From: Rhina ancylostomus
Taxonomy: Eukaryota
Assembly (NCBI GenBank): GCA_030265395.1
Contig: JARFYF010000055.1
Coordinates: forward strand, 18,350,862-18,414,861
DNA length: 64,000 nt
Reading direction: 5' to 3'
A program made the translations under genes and the position numbers. The notes beneath the pieces are model-generated. The model was not told the origin of the DNA, did no database searches, and was given only the letters and a program-made list of their open reading frames with translations. Position 1 is the stretch's first letter. Every line of letters starts with the position of its first letter. Shown here in pieces: positions 1 through 13,009 of this stretch.

Positions 1-74
<74 letters not shown>
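1..74. repeat. (CA)n microsatellite, truncated by window start
   Basis: Uninterrupted CA dinucleotides from base 1 to 74. Confidence 0.98.
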
Positions 75-76
<2 letters not shown>

Positions 77-1589
77 GGTTGTATTTATCATTTTGTGAAG
101 AATTAAAAGAAACCTGAAATGATTTTGCAAGTTCTTGTCAGAGTCAGGAACCTCACCAGTTCTCACACCAGCAAGAGACCACTTGGCCCATTGTGGCTGT
201 GTTGATTCTTTAAGAAACTATCCTGTTAGTTCAACTCCCTCCCCTGGATTTTATTTTCTTCCCAAGTATACATCCAATTCCTGGTGTATAGTCAGAAAAT
301 TCCACTGCTCTCCCTGCTCGGCTGAAACACTTTTAATTTACTCCGAGATAAAATTAGAAGCAATAATTGAAAGACATAGCTTCTATATTGTGTGCCAGTG
401 TTGAACATTACTGTCTCTGTTTTAAGGCTGCTCACCTTCCAATGATTGTCTTATGGAAATTTAGTACTGCTAATAAAAAATTCAAAACTCATTCCTGAAC
501 TTTGGTGACCAGAATTTTTAAGAAGTTTCTTTCTGATCTGAATCAGAAATCAATAAGTTAACTTCAGTGTGCAATGTTTTGTAATTTCCATTTTGATTCA
601 CAAGTGTACATCATGATCTTGAATTTAATTGGCAATAGTTGAGAAAAATATTTTATTAGACTTATTTGAACACTTAAATGTGACAAAAATGGAGAAAGAG
701 ATAAATGAGGAAAGTTTGGTGTCCATCTTACTGTTTCTTTTATGAGCTGAGGATCCTGTATAATTTTGGGGTACATTTCTAACAATCCCAGATGCCCTTT
801 ATATCTATCCTATCTATGTAGTCACTGCTGAGATTATATGGAGAGCATTATTAGATTATTTTGTGTACTAGAGCCAGACCTCACCTTCACTTGATGTCCA
901 AACAAGTGTATTTTTTCCTGAAGGTGTCACTGGACAGTGATCAGGACCAGGAACTTTATTTAACCTTTACTTCTTCCTTCTTAGAGCTGCTGAGGTCAAA
1001 CTTAGTATCCTGGCAGTCAAAAAATGGCATAAGCTAAATCTGCAATCAGTTAGGGGCCTGATGAATTGATCCCCATATCCCAAGAAGGAATTTTATAGAA
1101 AAATTACATTCTTTCTTGGCGGGTTGCTATACAGAAGCTTTTATAGAAGGACCACTGTCACCCCAAATGGATTTTTCAACATGAGATTACAGAAAATAGC
1201 AACACAACTTCCTTAGAACTTGTGGAAAGCTGTAGAATTCTTGCCTCACAGCCAAAAATAATACATCTTGTTCCAAAGAAATCCAAATAGAGCTCTCCAG
1301 CACAGAACTCCTGCTTCATTGAAATTCCATTTATTAGGAATTCACCTTTCCATTCACTGTTCCAAAGCAGTAGGGGAAATTGCTCTTAAATCACTTGCTG
1401 TCAGAGCAACCCATAGAAACCAGTGCACTGAACTTCAAAAATAAAGCATTTTTTGATAGCCGGCAATAAGACCTCTACTGGGAAATCCCTTGGCACTTAC
1501 TGGCTGACGTATCCTAACACGTCATCTTTTGAACCTTTTGAAATGAGCACTTGACATGCTTTTGTCATGGGTCATAGTGAGAAAGAAAG

Positions 1590-2000
1590 GGTTTTATTAA
1601 GTAATGCATTTCACATCCCTTTCAGGACATCCCAATTTTTTTTACAGCTAATTATGTACTTCTGAGGTGCAGTCATTGTTGCAATGTAAAAAAATGTAGC
1701 AGTCAATCACCAGACCACAAGCTGTCACAAGAAATAATAATATTATGACTAAATAATCTGTTTGACAAAGTTGATTAAAGGATTAATATTGAGAAGCCAC
1801 CAAGGTAACTTCCCTGCTCTTCTTCATGGCACCTTTAATGTTCAGCCAAGAGAGCGAGCAAAGCAACATGATAACACATCATCTGAAAGATGACACTTCC
1901 AAAACTGTAGTAACCCTTTATGCTGCTCTAGATTATTTGTACTGATACCCAGAATAGCATTTAAACCCAAAGCCTTTTGACTCATTGGCAAGAGTAGTAA
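1590..2000 (-). mobile_element. Degenerate DeuSINE/SacSINE1-like SINE
   Basis: Blocks such as 'caggacatccca...acagctaatt...tgcagtcattgttgcaatgta', 'ttccctgctcttcttc' and 'catctgaaagatgacacttcc', then a decayed tRNA-like head, resemble the reverse complement of the Deu-domain SINE consensus as I recall it. Confidence 0.6.
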
Positions 2001-2189
2001 CATCAAAGCTACCAAAATGGCATAAAGTCACCAACTACTCCACACATTTTTTGAACGTATCCAAATAATAATGTGTCCTGACAATCATAACCTTTTTCTC
2101 GACAGTTTGATTACCATTTCAGTTCGTGATTTTATTATTCTGAGCAACTGGACATTCTTAGTTGGGGCAACATTTATTGTCTACATTGT

Positions 2190-2365
2190 GGGTTTCAGTG
2201 AAGGGTCAACTCTCTTTTTCTCTCCACAGATGCTGCTTGACCCTGCTGGGTATTTCTGGCAAAAAAACGAGCTGCTAGAGGAATGTTTCGGGTCGAGTTC
2301 CTCCAGCAACTTGTTTTTTGTTCCAGATTCCAGCATCGGCAATCTCTTTTGTCTCCATATTTCTA
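2190..2365 (+). mobile_element. Short dispersed repeat matching the terminus of a Penelope-like element
   Basis: 'cacagatgctgcttgaccctgctgggt...ttccagattccagcatc' recurs at about 13240, 41170, 41710, 45660 and at the end of the element at about 51770. Confidence 0.6.
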
Positions 2366-3299
2366 GCACTTCCTGTTTTATTTCTAATTCCCAGCAACTG
2401 CAATATCTACCTGTAACTGGTTATGCTTGGAAATGTAGTGTTTGTGGTCATGTAGTAAAGATATTTCTGCAGGCTTTGTTGAGAACCTCCTGGATATACC
2501 CCCTTGGCATGAAGCAACAGTGATATATTCAAGTTAGAATGGTATTTGATTTGGAGGGGTCTTGGAATAACCTGGAGGTGACAGAATTCCCATCCACCCA
2601 TTAACTTTGTGCATGTAGTTAGCCAAGTTCTTTTTTTGTAAGTGACTCTCGGAACTTCTCCAGATTCTGGTGGAATGCGTAAGCTGGTGATCTATTCCTA
2701 AATGTTGCATCCCCTTCTGGCATAGGGAGTGCTTTGTGGTAACCCCAGCAATACTATTAATTCTGTATACCTTTCACTCAGTCTGGGATTTTACTAACAA
2801 CAAGTTGCCTTCTTTTCATACAATAACATTGAGAAACCAAACAAATTTTACAACCAGTTAGCTTTGAACTATTCAAGCTGATTGCAGGTTGAATAGTTCA
2901 AAGGTTGAATAGTTCAAGGAACATTGCAGGCAGTAATTGGTGCAAGTGGTCAGTGAACTAGTTTCTCTTTAACAAAAATGTAGCTCCACAAACTGAGACA
3001 GGCACATTCTGCTTTGGGTCAAACTTGCATATTTGAGTTTACTGTAAGTGAATTTGCTCTAAGTTCTATGCTCAAGCGACACTATAATCATGGTAAGAAT
3101 ATGTCCTTCCATTGTATCTCGCACAAAATCATAACAACTTCCTTGATTTTTTAAAAATTTTGCTCATGATATTACATATGTATTTCCATGACACTTGCAT
3201 TATCATTGGCCAACTATGGCAAATGGACATTTCTCCCAAATTGAATTTACAAGCTTAGCCTCCATGCACAACAAACTTCTTCTTTAAATGGTCACTTTA

Positions 3300-3625
3300 A
3301 TATTGTAGCATGTGTCAAGGCGTTTCACAAATGGCATCAAACTATAAAAGGAAGTAATAAGTCAGATGACCCAAACCTTTGTATAAAAGTTAAAGTTAAG
3401 GACTGTCTTTAAGGAGGAGAGAAGTGAATTCTACAGCTTAGATCTAAATAGATGGAAGCATAGCTGCCAATGATGGAAAAAAAGGTTTCGGAACATACAA
3501 GAGGCCAAAGCTATCCAAAAGCAGAATACATGGAAGATTATGGATTGGATGAAGTTATAGAGATAGTGGGGGAAAGGCCATGAAATTCCACAGAAGAATT
3601 TTAAATTCCATGTGTTGGTGGACTG
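3300..3625 (-). mobile_element. Degenerate L2-type LINE 3' fragment
   Basis: Similar in the same orientation to 55290-55620 ('gccaatgatgg', 'gaagttatagagatag') and in reverse to the L2 3' region at 20560-21000. Confidence 0.5.
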
Positions 3626-5364
3626 AGTTTTATTTACTGCACTCAAAAGTTTTACTTCTATACTGGTATTGTCTGAAATCTAGATGATTTTTTGTTGTGT
3701 TCTATATCAGTTCAAATCATTTTGTACATTCCTTACTTCTCTCTCTGTGCAGGAGAGTTACAATGGTAGGAACAGCATTGTGAAGTCAAGGGCTAAGAAT
3801 GGGAAATAAAGTCCAACAGGGTGTAAATGGGATGGTGTCCCTAATTTGATCAGAATGCAACCATCTTCATTGTTAAAATAACCTCCAAGGCTTCACTCAG
3901 GGACAAATGCCAATTAATGTGTCAGTAATCATTCTGACAAAAAAAAACAGAAATATTGTTCTTAAGTAATTCAAAAGCTTTATGCCATAACATGAACAGT
4001 CAACTTCATAAACTGATCCAAACATAGCTTGAAGCATAGAATTCCACTGTACCATCCATTTTCATTCCTTCCTCTAATATAGAAGCTTGGTCCAAGCATA
4101 ATATTTAAATACAAAATCTTGCACTGAGCAGGATTTACCCAATCACTTGTTCTGTACATCTGCAGGCAAAGGATAATCAACTGAAGCATTTTTAAGACTT
4201 CAACATACTATAGAAACCTATAGGCCTCTAACTAAATCTGGTTTTGTCCTATATTTCCATTCCTTTATTGATCTGGCTGACACAAAATGGATAAATATGT
4301 GAATCCAGCATAACATTTGAGAATTGCTTGTTTTTATCTGGAGATTATACAAATCACAATCTAGGCATTTCATATATTAGCAAAGTAGACATGCTCTTGT
4401 AAGGATTTCTGTAATGCAGATTGATTTCTCTAAAATTGTGAAATATTAATTACAATTAGCAATGAGTAAGACCTAACCCTGCCTGCCCCCCACTCTGTTC
4501 CCCCACATTGCCCTCTGTATTCATGCATTAGTAAGAGTGGGCTCCATTAAAGGGCTCAACCTTTGTGTATTCTGTTGAGAATTGTAAGGTTTCGATCGAT
4601 CACAAATGGAACAATTGGATCAGTCAGAAGGTCTGCAATGATTTCAAATATAGCTGCTGAAAGAAACTGTCACGAGAAGGAAACTATTTTCCAAGGAGTA
4701 AAATCAAAATTTAAAAGCATTCATTCAAATCTNNNNNNNNNNNNNNNNNNNNNNNNNNNNNNNNNNNNNNNNNNNNNNNNNNNNNNNNNNNNNNNNNNNN
4801 NNNNNNNNNNNNNNNNNNNNNNNNNNNNNNNNGGAGTAAAATCAAAAATTAAAAGCATTCATTCAAATCTAAGATGGCAATGAAATAGTTAATCAATGCT
4901 AATCAGGCCAATGAGGATCACCCCATTTGGTTAACGCTCCCACTCTTAATGGAAGGTAATGGGCTGTTATCTCACGACTATTAAGCAGAAGGGCAAAGGA
5001 AACTTGATGAGTCAGATAGGACTTAACTAAACGAAGTAACTGAATGTGGATGATGTTCACTCACACTAGTTAGGTCTTTTCCTCTCAGCAAAGTTTTTTC
5101 CTGTAAGATTAGTTTGAAGTTTTGTCAATCTATTTGAACCTTCACTTAGTTTTGAACACCATTTCATCTCCGTCTCTAAAACTGCTTGTGTCTGCCTCTG
5201 CTCTGTTACTCACGTCTGCCAATGTTTTTAGCCCCTTTGCTGCTGAATTTCTTTCAGCTGCCTTTTTCACCACAAGATTCATCAACTCCAACTTTCACCT
5301 TGCTCCATAAACTTCAATAAAGCCTTATTGGGTCATCCAGTCCCAATACTTGTAGGTTAAATTA

Positions 5365-5578
5365 GAGTCATAGAGTAAAACAGCATGGAAATGGGCCCTT
5401 TGGCCTAATGAGAGTATGCTGACCATAGACCACATTTACTCTAATCCTATTATCAATTCCATTTCATTTTCCTCATATCAACCCCTCCAGATTCTACACT
5501 GACCTGCCCAATAGGGACAACATACATTTGCCAATTAATCTACCTACCTGCATGTCCTGGGGGGAAACCTACACTGAG
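5365..5578 (-). mobile_element. tRNA-derived SINE, 3' half, split by a LINE insertion
   Basis: 'agagtcatagag...cagcatggaaatgggccctttggcc...ccaattaatctaccta' matches the SINE copies at 47570 and 62480. Confidence 0.75.
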
Positions 5579-6582
5579 AATCAGGTGGTTGGTCATTTAT
5601 CTCAGCCAAGGACATTTCTGTGGGAGTTCCTCAGGGTAGTGTCAGAGGCCCAACCATCTTCAGCTGTTTCATCAATGATCTTTGTTCATTTGTAAGGTCA
5701 GAAGTAGAGATATTTGCTGATGACTGACAATATTCAGCACCATCCACGACTCCTCAGATAATGAAGCAGTTCACATCCATATGCAGCAAGACCTGGACAA
5801 TATAGACGCCTGGGCTGATAGGTGGCAAGCAACATTTACACCAGACAATGATATCTAACAAGAGAAAATCCACCTATCACCCCCTGACATTCAGTGGCAT
5901 TTTCATCACTGAATCCCCCACTATCAATATCCTGAGGGTTACCATTCACAAGAAGCTGAACTGCAGTAGCCATATACACAATATGGCCACAAGAATGCAT
6001 TAGAGGCTCGGAATCCTGCAGCAAGTAATTCACCTCCTAATTCTCCAAAGTCTGTCTACCATCAACAAGGGTCAAGTCAGGAGTGTGATGGAATACTCGC
6101 CGCTGGTTTGGATGAGTGTAGCTTTACATCGCTTAAAAAGCTTGACACCGTAGAGGGCATAGAGGCCCACTTGATAGGCCTCCCATTCACTCACTCTACC
6201 ACCAACGCACATTAGCAGTAATTTGAACTGTCCGCAGGATGCACTGCAGCAACTCACCAAGACTCCTTAGACAGCACCTTCCAAACCCATGGCCTCTACC
6301 AGCTAGAAGGACAAGGACAAGCAATATCATGGAAACACCACCGGCTGGAAGTTGCCTCCAAACCACACATCATCCCGAGTTGGAAATAGGTCTCTGTCCC
6401 TTCACTGTCTCTGGGTTATAATCCTGGAGCTCTCTCCTTAATGACATTATAGGCACACCCACACCTCTGGGAATGTAGTGTTCAAGAAGACAGCTCGCCA
6501 CCAACTTCCCAAGGGCAATTAGTTATGGACAATTAAATGCTGGCTCATCCTGTGAGTCTCACATCACCTGACTGAATAAAAC
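5579..6582 (+). mobile_element. 5'-truncated non-LTR retrotransposon (CR1/L2-group RT), pseudogenised
   Basis: Encodes GVPQGSV.GPTIFSCFINDL (about 5623-5682) and FADD (about 5714-5725) reverse transcriptase motifs, then stops and frameshifts; ends in 'tgaataaaa'. Confidence 0.85.
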
Positions 6583-6672
6583 AAACTCTGCACAGGCAGC
6601 ACTGGAAGTCAGGATCAAATCCAGGGTTGCTGGAGTTGTGAGGTAGCAACTCTACTCATGGTGCCACCGTGC
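6583..6672 (-). mobile_element. tRNA-derived SINE, 5' half (head)
   Basis: 'acaaactctgcacaggcagcactggaagtcaggatcaaatccaggg...gccaccgtgc' continues the SINE interrupted at 5578 and holds the reverse-complement B box and head. Confidence 0.75.
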
Positions 6673-9277
6673 TTTTCTCTCAATCCTACCATGGTCTTTC
6701 TGCAAACAATCTTCACAATCTCTTATACGCTCTGCTTCAATTCATTTTTCCTTTGAAGTTAAACCCTTGAACAAAACCAGTACCATTCACTTCACCTGAC
6801 CATCCCTGGTGATTCTTTCGTTTCCTTGGTCCTACTCTGTTATTCCTTCCCTAGACCTATCTATCCCTCTGCTATCTTTTCTCTTTTCAAAATCCTTCTC
6901 TTCTGATTTTATTCAACTTTATTTTGGCTTGTATCCATTCTCTACATTTCCTGTGATGTACGTGGAAGACCCTTGCCATAAAGGTGTTTGGGGGTAAGTC
7001 ACAGAACATTATTTTAGCCTCCTAGGCTTTTGTTTTCCTTGGAAATATAATAGGCTATCACAGAAGAATAATATATCCTTTGACATCCAGAGTTCGGGAG
7101 GGGTTATGATGGAGTGTTTATTGATCATTTATAATGTAGACTATGCTTTATGGAGATAGCTGAGTATCTTACTCAGATTGATATGAATTGTTTTTTTCAA
7201 ACCAATGTATGCAACATTGTGCAGTGATGAGGATTATAATGATTTTAATGTGACTGCAGTCAAGCACTAACAAAATATAAATAAAAAGATAAGATTGCCA
7301 ATAGTAATTAGTGGAAAAGAGTCACTGGTTTGAAGCACAGGGAGGAAGGGTAACTGGAATAAGCAAGAATAAAAAATTCATGAGTAAATTGTGGTCAGTC
7401 ACACCAGTGGAAATAAAAATTTCACGGTAAGTAATATTTCAATTAGCTGCACTTGCTGTGCTGTTACAGATTTCAAGATCAGTTCACATTTTAAGACGGA
7501 GAATGTGCCATGAATCATGGAGCATTAGTTTTGAGCAACTGAAAAATAGCAACTCTAGAAATGAATGAGGTATTTTCATGACCTGCTAAGCCATGAGTGT
7601 CATAATTCAAAATAAAACACAAGACAACAAGCTTTAACATTATTTATGGTGCCATTTGGTTTTGATAATGGGAAACTATAGAAGGTATCTAAAGGGAAAA
7701 TGGATGTACAACCAACTGAGTGTAAAAGCCAATAAAAGAGATGGCACTGAGGGGTAGGTCTTAAAACACAGAACTGTCACAATATATGTCACCACATAGT
7801 TGAATGCCTTTCACACATTGGCATTGATCTTGACTGGGGAAACCTATGTAAAAAGAGGAACAGCAGGTCAGAAGTCCTTTCACAGGTCACCTGATTTATA
7901 TTTCTGTTTGACTTCAATGTAAATCAACATCTAGAGAAATATAAACCAGATCTGTTATCGCCACCTTCACTTCTGCATAATCATGATCTACGCAACAATG
8001 GATGAATTATATTAGCTGCTGATAGAAGAGACAGATGGAAATAATTTATCATTCATTAAAATTGTTACTGATGTTTGGGATTCTGGTGTAAATTGTTCTG
8101 GTGATGCACTTGTTAAATGCTCTCAATAACATCAGTACCTGAGTGGTTATTCTGGCAGGCAAATGTCGTGGTGATATTGAGTCAGGAGCTCTGATTACTT
8201 GCAGAATTCAATCATCTATTTTTTCTCCCAAGTTATCTTTTGCTACTGTGCATGCATGTGCGTGTATATTTTATATGCGTACATACATGAATTAACATAA
8301 TTAGAAAATGACAGGTTGTACAGTATTGAATGAAAGTAATACTGATCTGAAATGCACTGATTAACGATATAAAGTATTTTATGAACAGATATTTGAATAT
8401 ATTTGCAATGCATGTTTCAGGTAGACATGGTATAGGCCTGTTTTCAACAAGTTAGCAATAAATTCAGTCCAGCTCCAAGCATTGAATCCTTTCTTCTATT
8501 CCTTTTTGGCAAGGAAAGGATTGTCAGCACTCCTCTGGAGAGATGTGCGGATAATATTTTCTTCCGTTTGGCCTCTTTCAATAAAGGGAACATTTTCCTC
8601 CAGACAAGCCTCTCCCATCAGGAGAACAAGTGAGGAAACAACCTGCTGCCCAATGTTTGCTTCACCTAATAGATCACAATGTCAAGATAGTTGGTGAGGG
8701 GGTGAGAACCTCTAAAGATCACCTGTAAACTATAGCTGTTTGATAAGTATTCTTTAGATTAAAGTGGCATTCAACATCAAAAGGTAACACTTCCACACAA
8801 TCTGTAGAAATGAAAGAAAGTGAATAAGATTTCTTCATATGTTCACTTTTAATGCTGATCTGTGATTGTATGACAGAGTCCTCATCCAGCAGAGTAATTG
8901 GTGTGGGACAATCAGAAATAAGCTTAGACTGGGCTTTTCACTGGAGGCTCTTGATTTATTGCCATGAAAATCTGGCCTAATGGTTGAACCATTAGGTGAC
9001 TAATAAGACTGGCAAAGATAAGCATCTCCCTTGCCTCTGAATTGAAACATTTAATTCAAGAATATGAAAGGAATAGCTTAATTTTAGTCAGGATAACAGA
9101 TAAGTATAGATTTCAGGTGAATCAAGCTACTTGATTGTAAAAAAAATCCAATTAACAAGGACTGTTAGTAAGTAGGTGAAAAGGGCAGGGATGAGAAAAA
9201 AGAAATATGCTGGCAATTAAGATCAATGTATTTAGAAATGTAAGATATACAAAAGAATTGGGCTGCAGTACATGGTC

Positions 9278-9322
9278 TATGTGTGTGTGTGCGCGTGCAC
9301 GCGTGTGTGCGTGCGTGTGTGT
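9278..9322. repeat. Alternating purine-pyrimidine (TG/CG) tract
   Basis: tatgtgtgtgtgtgcgcgtgcacgcgtgtgtgcgtgcgtgtgtgt seen directly. Confidence 0.9.
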
Positions 9323-9996
9323 TGGAGCTGCTCATGCTTGCACAGTAGTGTCCCAGATAGGATCAAAGTTTCTGTGCTGCAGGAAGAAGAAGCATCAATA
9401 GTGCATACTTAAGTCTGTAACATAAGTCCTCATTTGATAAAAAAGTGTTTTGCACCTCAGAGACTAAGTGAAAGTATCAACTTGGGAGAGGAGAAACGTG
9501 AAAAATTGATGGTGAGAAATGACAGGTACAGTTAAGGGGAGTCAAAGCTTTAAGATTCAAAAAGGAAATGTGTTATCAACAGGGTTCTAATAATCTGTGT
9601 ACAAAATGCTTTTTGAGCCCTTATGCTATGCTTCTGATTTTCACCGCCAATGATAATTAATTAATNNNNNNNNNNNNNNNNNNNNNNNNNNNNNNNNNNN
9701 NNNNNNNNNNNNNNNNNNNNNNNNNNNNNNNNNNNNNNNNNNNNNNNNNNNNNNNNNNNNNNNNNNNNNNNNNNNNNNNNNNNNNNNNNNNNNNNNNNNN
9801 NNNNNNNNNNNNNNNNNNNNNNNNNNNNNNNNNNNNNNNNNNNNNNNNNNNNNNNNNNNNNNNNNNNNNNNNNNNNNNNNNNNNNNNNNNNNNNNNNNNN
9901 NNNNNNNNNNNNNNNNNNNNNNNNNNNNNNNNNNNNNNNNNNNNNNNNNNNNNNNNNNNNNNNNNNNNNNNNNNNNNNNNNNNNNNNNNNNNNNNN

Positions 9997-10170
9997 TGCA
10001 GAATAAAGTGTTACAGTTACAGAGAAAGTGCAGGCAGACAATAAGGTGCAAGGCCATAACAAGGTAGATTGTGAGGTCAAGAGTCCACTAGGGGACCATT
10101 CAGTAGTCTTATACAGTGGGTTAGAAGCTGTCCTTGAACCTGGTGGAACATGTTTTCAGGCTTTTGTATG
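9997..10170 (-). mobile_element. Rex1/Babar-like LINE 3' fragment
   Basis: 'gcagaataaagtgttacagttacagagaaagtgcag...tagaagctgtccttgaacctggtgg...ttcaggcttttgtat' resembles the reverse 3' end of fish Rex1-type elements as recalled; abuts an N gap. Confidence 0.55.
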
Positions 10171-10389
10171 GCATTCTCCAGCAATGTTATTGCACAGTTA
10201 ACAGGACCAAATGCCTTGGCTAATTTCTATTTCTGTTTCCCATGTGCACCATCATATGGACAAAAATAACTGAGTGAATTAAAATGAGATTCTTGGCTGT
10301 CACATACAGTCATAAAACAAGTCCAGCGGTGTACTATATGACCAAGATTCAGAAAACCTTGCTGTTTGCCTCAGAGTCTTTCAAGGTCA

Positions 10390-11760
10390 TCCTCCAATCC
10401 AAAGTCTGCCCCGGGGAGCAGGGTGAACCCTACTTATGCTTCACCTTTCAATAGAGCTCTGCTGGATGAGGACAGCTCAGCAATGTCTTCATAGATGGAC
10501 ATATTAACAATCTATAAATCCTTCTATGCCATCCTGCATAATTGGAAGGCCACAGACAAACTATCAGCCCACAATTTGATCAGCATTGTGATCAGTTTGT
10601 ACTGGTCTTAGGGCAAGAGTTAATCACATCATTAGTGAGGCCAGGTTCCTTGGCAACTGATCCAAGAGATCCTCTGTTTCCTTGCCTGGAAGGTGCTGGG
10701 AATCTGATTTGGAGAAGCCAGGGTCTGAAGCAATAATTAGCTGGAGCAGAGGTTCAGAATGTGGGAGTGGTGCTTCCACTTGATAGCGGACAAGAACATG
10801 GTCATCTGGCATAGCGTGCCCTCAGTTTTGCTGTATGTGGCAAAGGTGTGGCCAAATGTTGCTCCTGCACCATGGAAGTCATCCAAGCCAGCTTCCAATC
10901 CTCTGGAAATTCAGATTTGATAGTGTGCATAGGGCATGATATGCATGTCTCCAGTGAAAGGGGCAAAAAATATACTCAATATTGCCCTCATCATGTTGGT
11001 CACCTTTGTGTGTGGTTGCATCAACTTGTGCCTAGACCCTGGGTACAAAAACACCAAGATTCATTACATGTTGAAGTTCTACCTGTCCCCAGTGCCACGA
11101 AGAATGGGCCTGGCTTCATTGCCCCAAAACGTTCCATTCAGATGGACTATGCTGTATCACCAGCTCCCTGTAGGAAGGTTTCTTTGGAAAAATACCTTTG
11201 ACCATGTCAATCAAGTGGTGGTCTACATGGACTATTCTGGAGGCTCTGCAGGAGAAGCAGATAGTGGATCTTGTGGGGTAGCTTCCTGGGCAGATTGTCA
11301 AATACATTTGGAAGAACGTTTCATCATCAGAAAACTCAAACAAGCACCAAGATGTCAGATTATTCGTACACTGCTAGAGTCTCAATCCCTTGCTGCCCTG
11401 GATATAGCTGGGGTGCAGGTGAGATGATCATCTATCTCCCTGTGGTCTGAGTGTTTGCCAAGAAAGTCTGAAGTGGGATGCGATGATCTTTGTCAATGTT
11501 TATCCCAAGCAGCAACATAACACAGCACTCTGCTCTTCCAGCCACACACCGAGACAAGCGTTGACTGTTGCTGGAAGGTCATTAACTCAGTGAAAAGTGC
11601 ACTTCGCACTGCCAGAAATTTGCTGGTCTACCAGTGTAGGCCAATGACAGCAACTGACTGCTGCTGACTGACACCTTCCAAGGTGCAGGGACACATACTG
11701 AGGGATGCACTGAAGCTTGGTGCAGCCAATACTAATGCTTTGTGGAGAAACATGACAGAC
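10390..11760 (+). mobile_element. Degenerate Tx1/L1-clade LINE ORF2 fragment
   Basis: ORF 10936-11427 contains LCLDPGYKNTKIHYMLKFYLSPVPRRMGLASLPQNVP...KNTFDH, like the post-RT region of shark Tx1-type ORF2 as recalled; many frameshifts. Confidence 0.7.
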
Positions 11761-13009
11761 TTGGGTCCTGTTGCTACTGGATACTGAGGGACTAGGCCCT
11801 GTGTTCTGGTGTCCCAAACATTTCACTGTTGCAGTGTTTAAGGATGAAATATTAGTGATGTTTACTTATGGAAAGTAAGTGTATTGAATTGCTTGGTATA
11901 ATGAACATAGTGACATGTACCAATAGTATGTATTAAGAATAAAGTATACAATGGGAAAAGAAAGAAATCTAGCCAACATCTGTGGCTTAATACCTGGTGC
12001 ATTTATCCCTTTATTAAGAGAATGGACAATATTACTTTTAATTTGTGGAAGATTTTCACTCTTGAATACATATTTTGATTTTTGCAATTGCTTCCAACCC
12101 TTGGACTATGAAATCAGTCAGTTCAGGTTACAGGCCCACCTAGGAAGTCATCAGATGAGTGGCACCACTCATGCAGCACATAGATTACAGCTGAAGGATC
12201 TTAACTGTGAATTACGATTTTCTTTCATTGTCATGAGCAGAATTCTAGCAAAGTCTGACTACAGAACATTCTAAACCAGATCCAACTTTATTCCTGACTC
12301 AGCCCTAGCCATTGCTGCAAGTTGGAATTCAAATTACAAACACCTCCTTCTGAGCCAGAACCTACTGTATTTTATGGGATTCTCTCAAACTACCACCTGG
12401 AATTTGGGGCAAAATACTCCAATAGGCTGCACTTCAGACAGCAGTCAACATAGGAGCAATGTACTTTAATGCTGGACTCATTTTTTGCAAGAGCGATTTC
12501 AGAGGAAAATGATCTCTGTAGCATGTGGTTTTTGCTTGAGATGGAATGTCTCAAACAGCGTTCCTTTCTAACCACAGTAAAAGACAGATCGAGGTCTGGC
12601 TGTGCATAAGGGCAGCCGCTCAGCTCTTTTCTCATGGAAACTAATTGTGTCTGAAAAAGGCATTAGGCAATTCTTGATGTTTCATAAAGCCCCGTTGGTC
12701 TTTCTAAAACACACAGATATAATCAGGGGGGCAAAGGCTTTTGGTCTGCGTGTGTTTCACATACTTCAGTAAGTGTTTCTCTCACTGCCTGCTGTTTGAA
12801 ATTAGAGATGTTTGAGATATGTGACAGTGAGCTGTAGTTTGCAGATAGTGGTAAACTTGGAGCTTATTGTTCTGAGTGGCACAGGAGTGAGAAGATCTCC
12901 ATTAGTGTGTGTTCTTTTAAACCATAGCTGTTCACTTTGTATTTTTTGTATACCAAACCTACATAAAACACTGTTTGGCCTCAGCTGGTGCATTGAGACC
13001 ACTTCAGGA

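Noticed and set aside
2071-2523. 150-aa ORF
   Set aside because: Overlaps a dispersed repeat, has no recognisable domain or exon structure; likely chance.
4695-4870. 38-nt direct repeat flanking a 100-N gap
   Set aside because: Overlapping contig ends left unmerged; an assembly artefact, not a biological repeat.
12536-12600. Possible RUNX P1 first exon ('atgtctcaaacagcg')
   Set aside because: Does not encode an MAS.S-type peptide and has no suitably placed donor.
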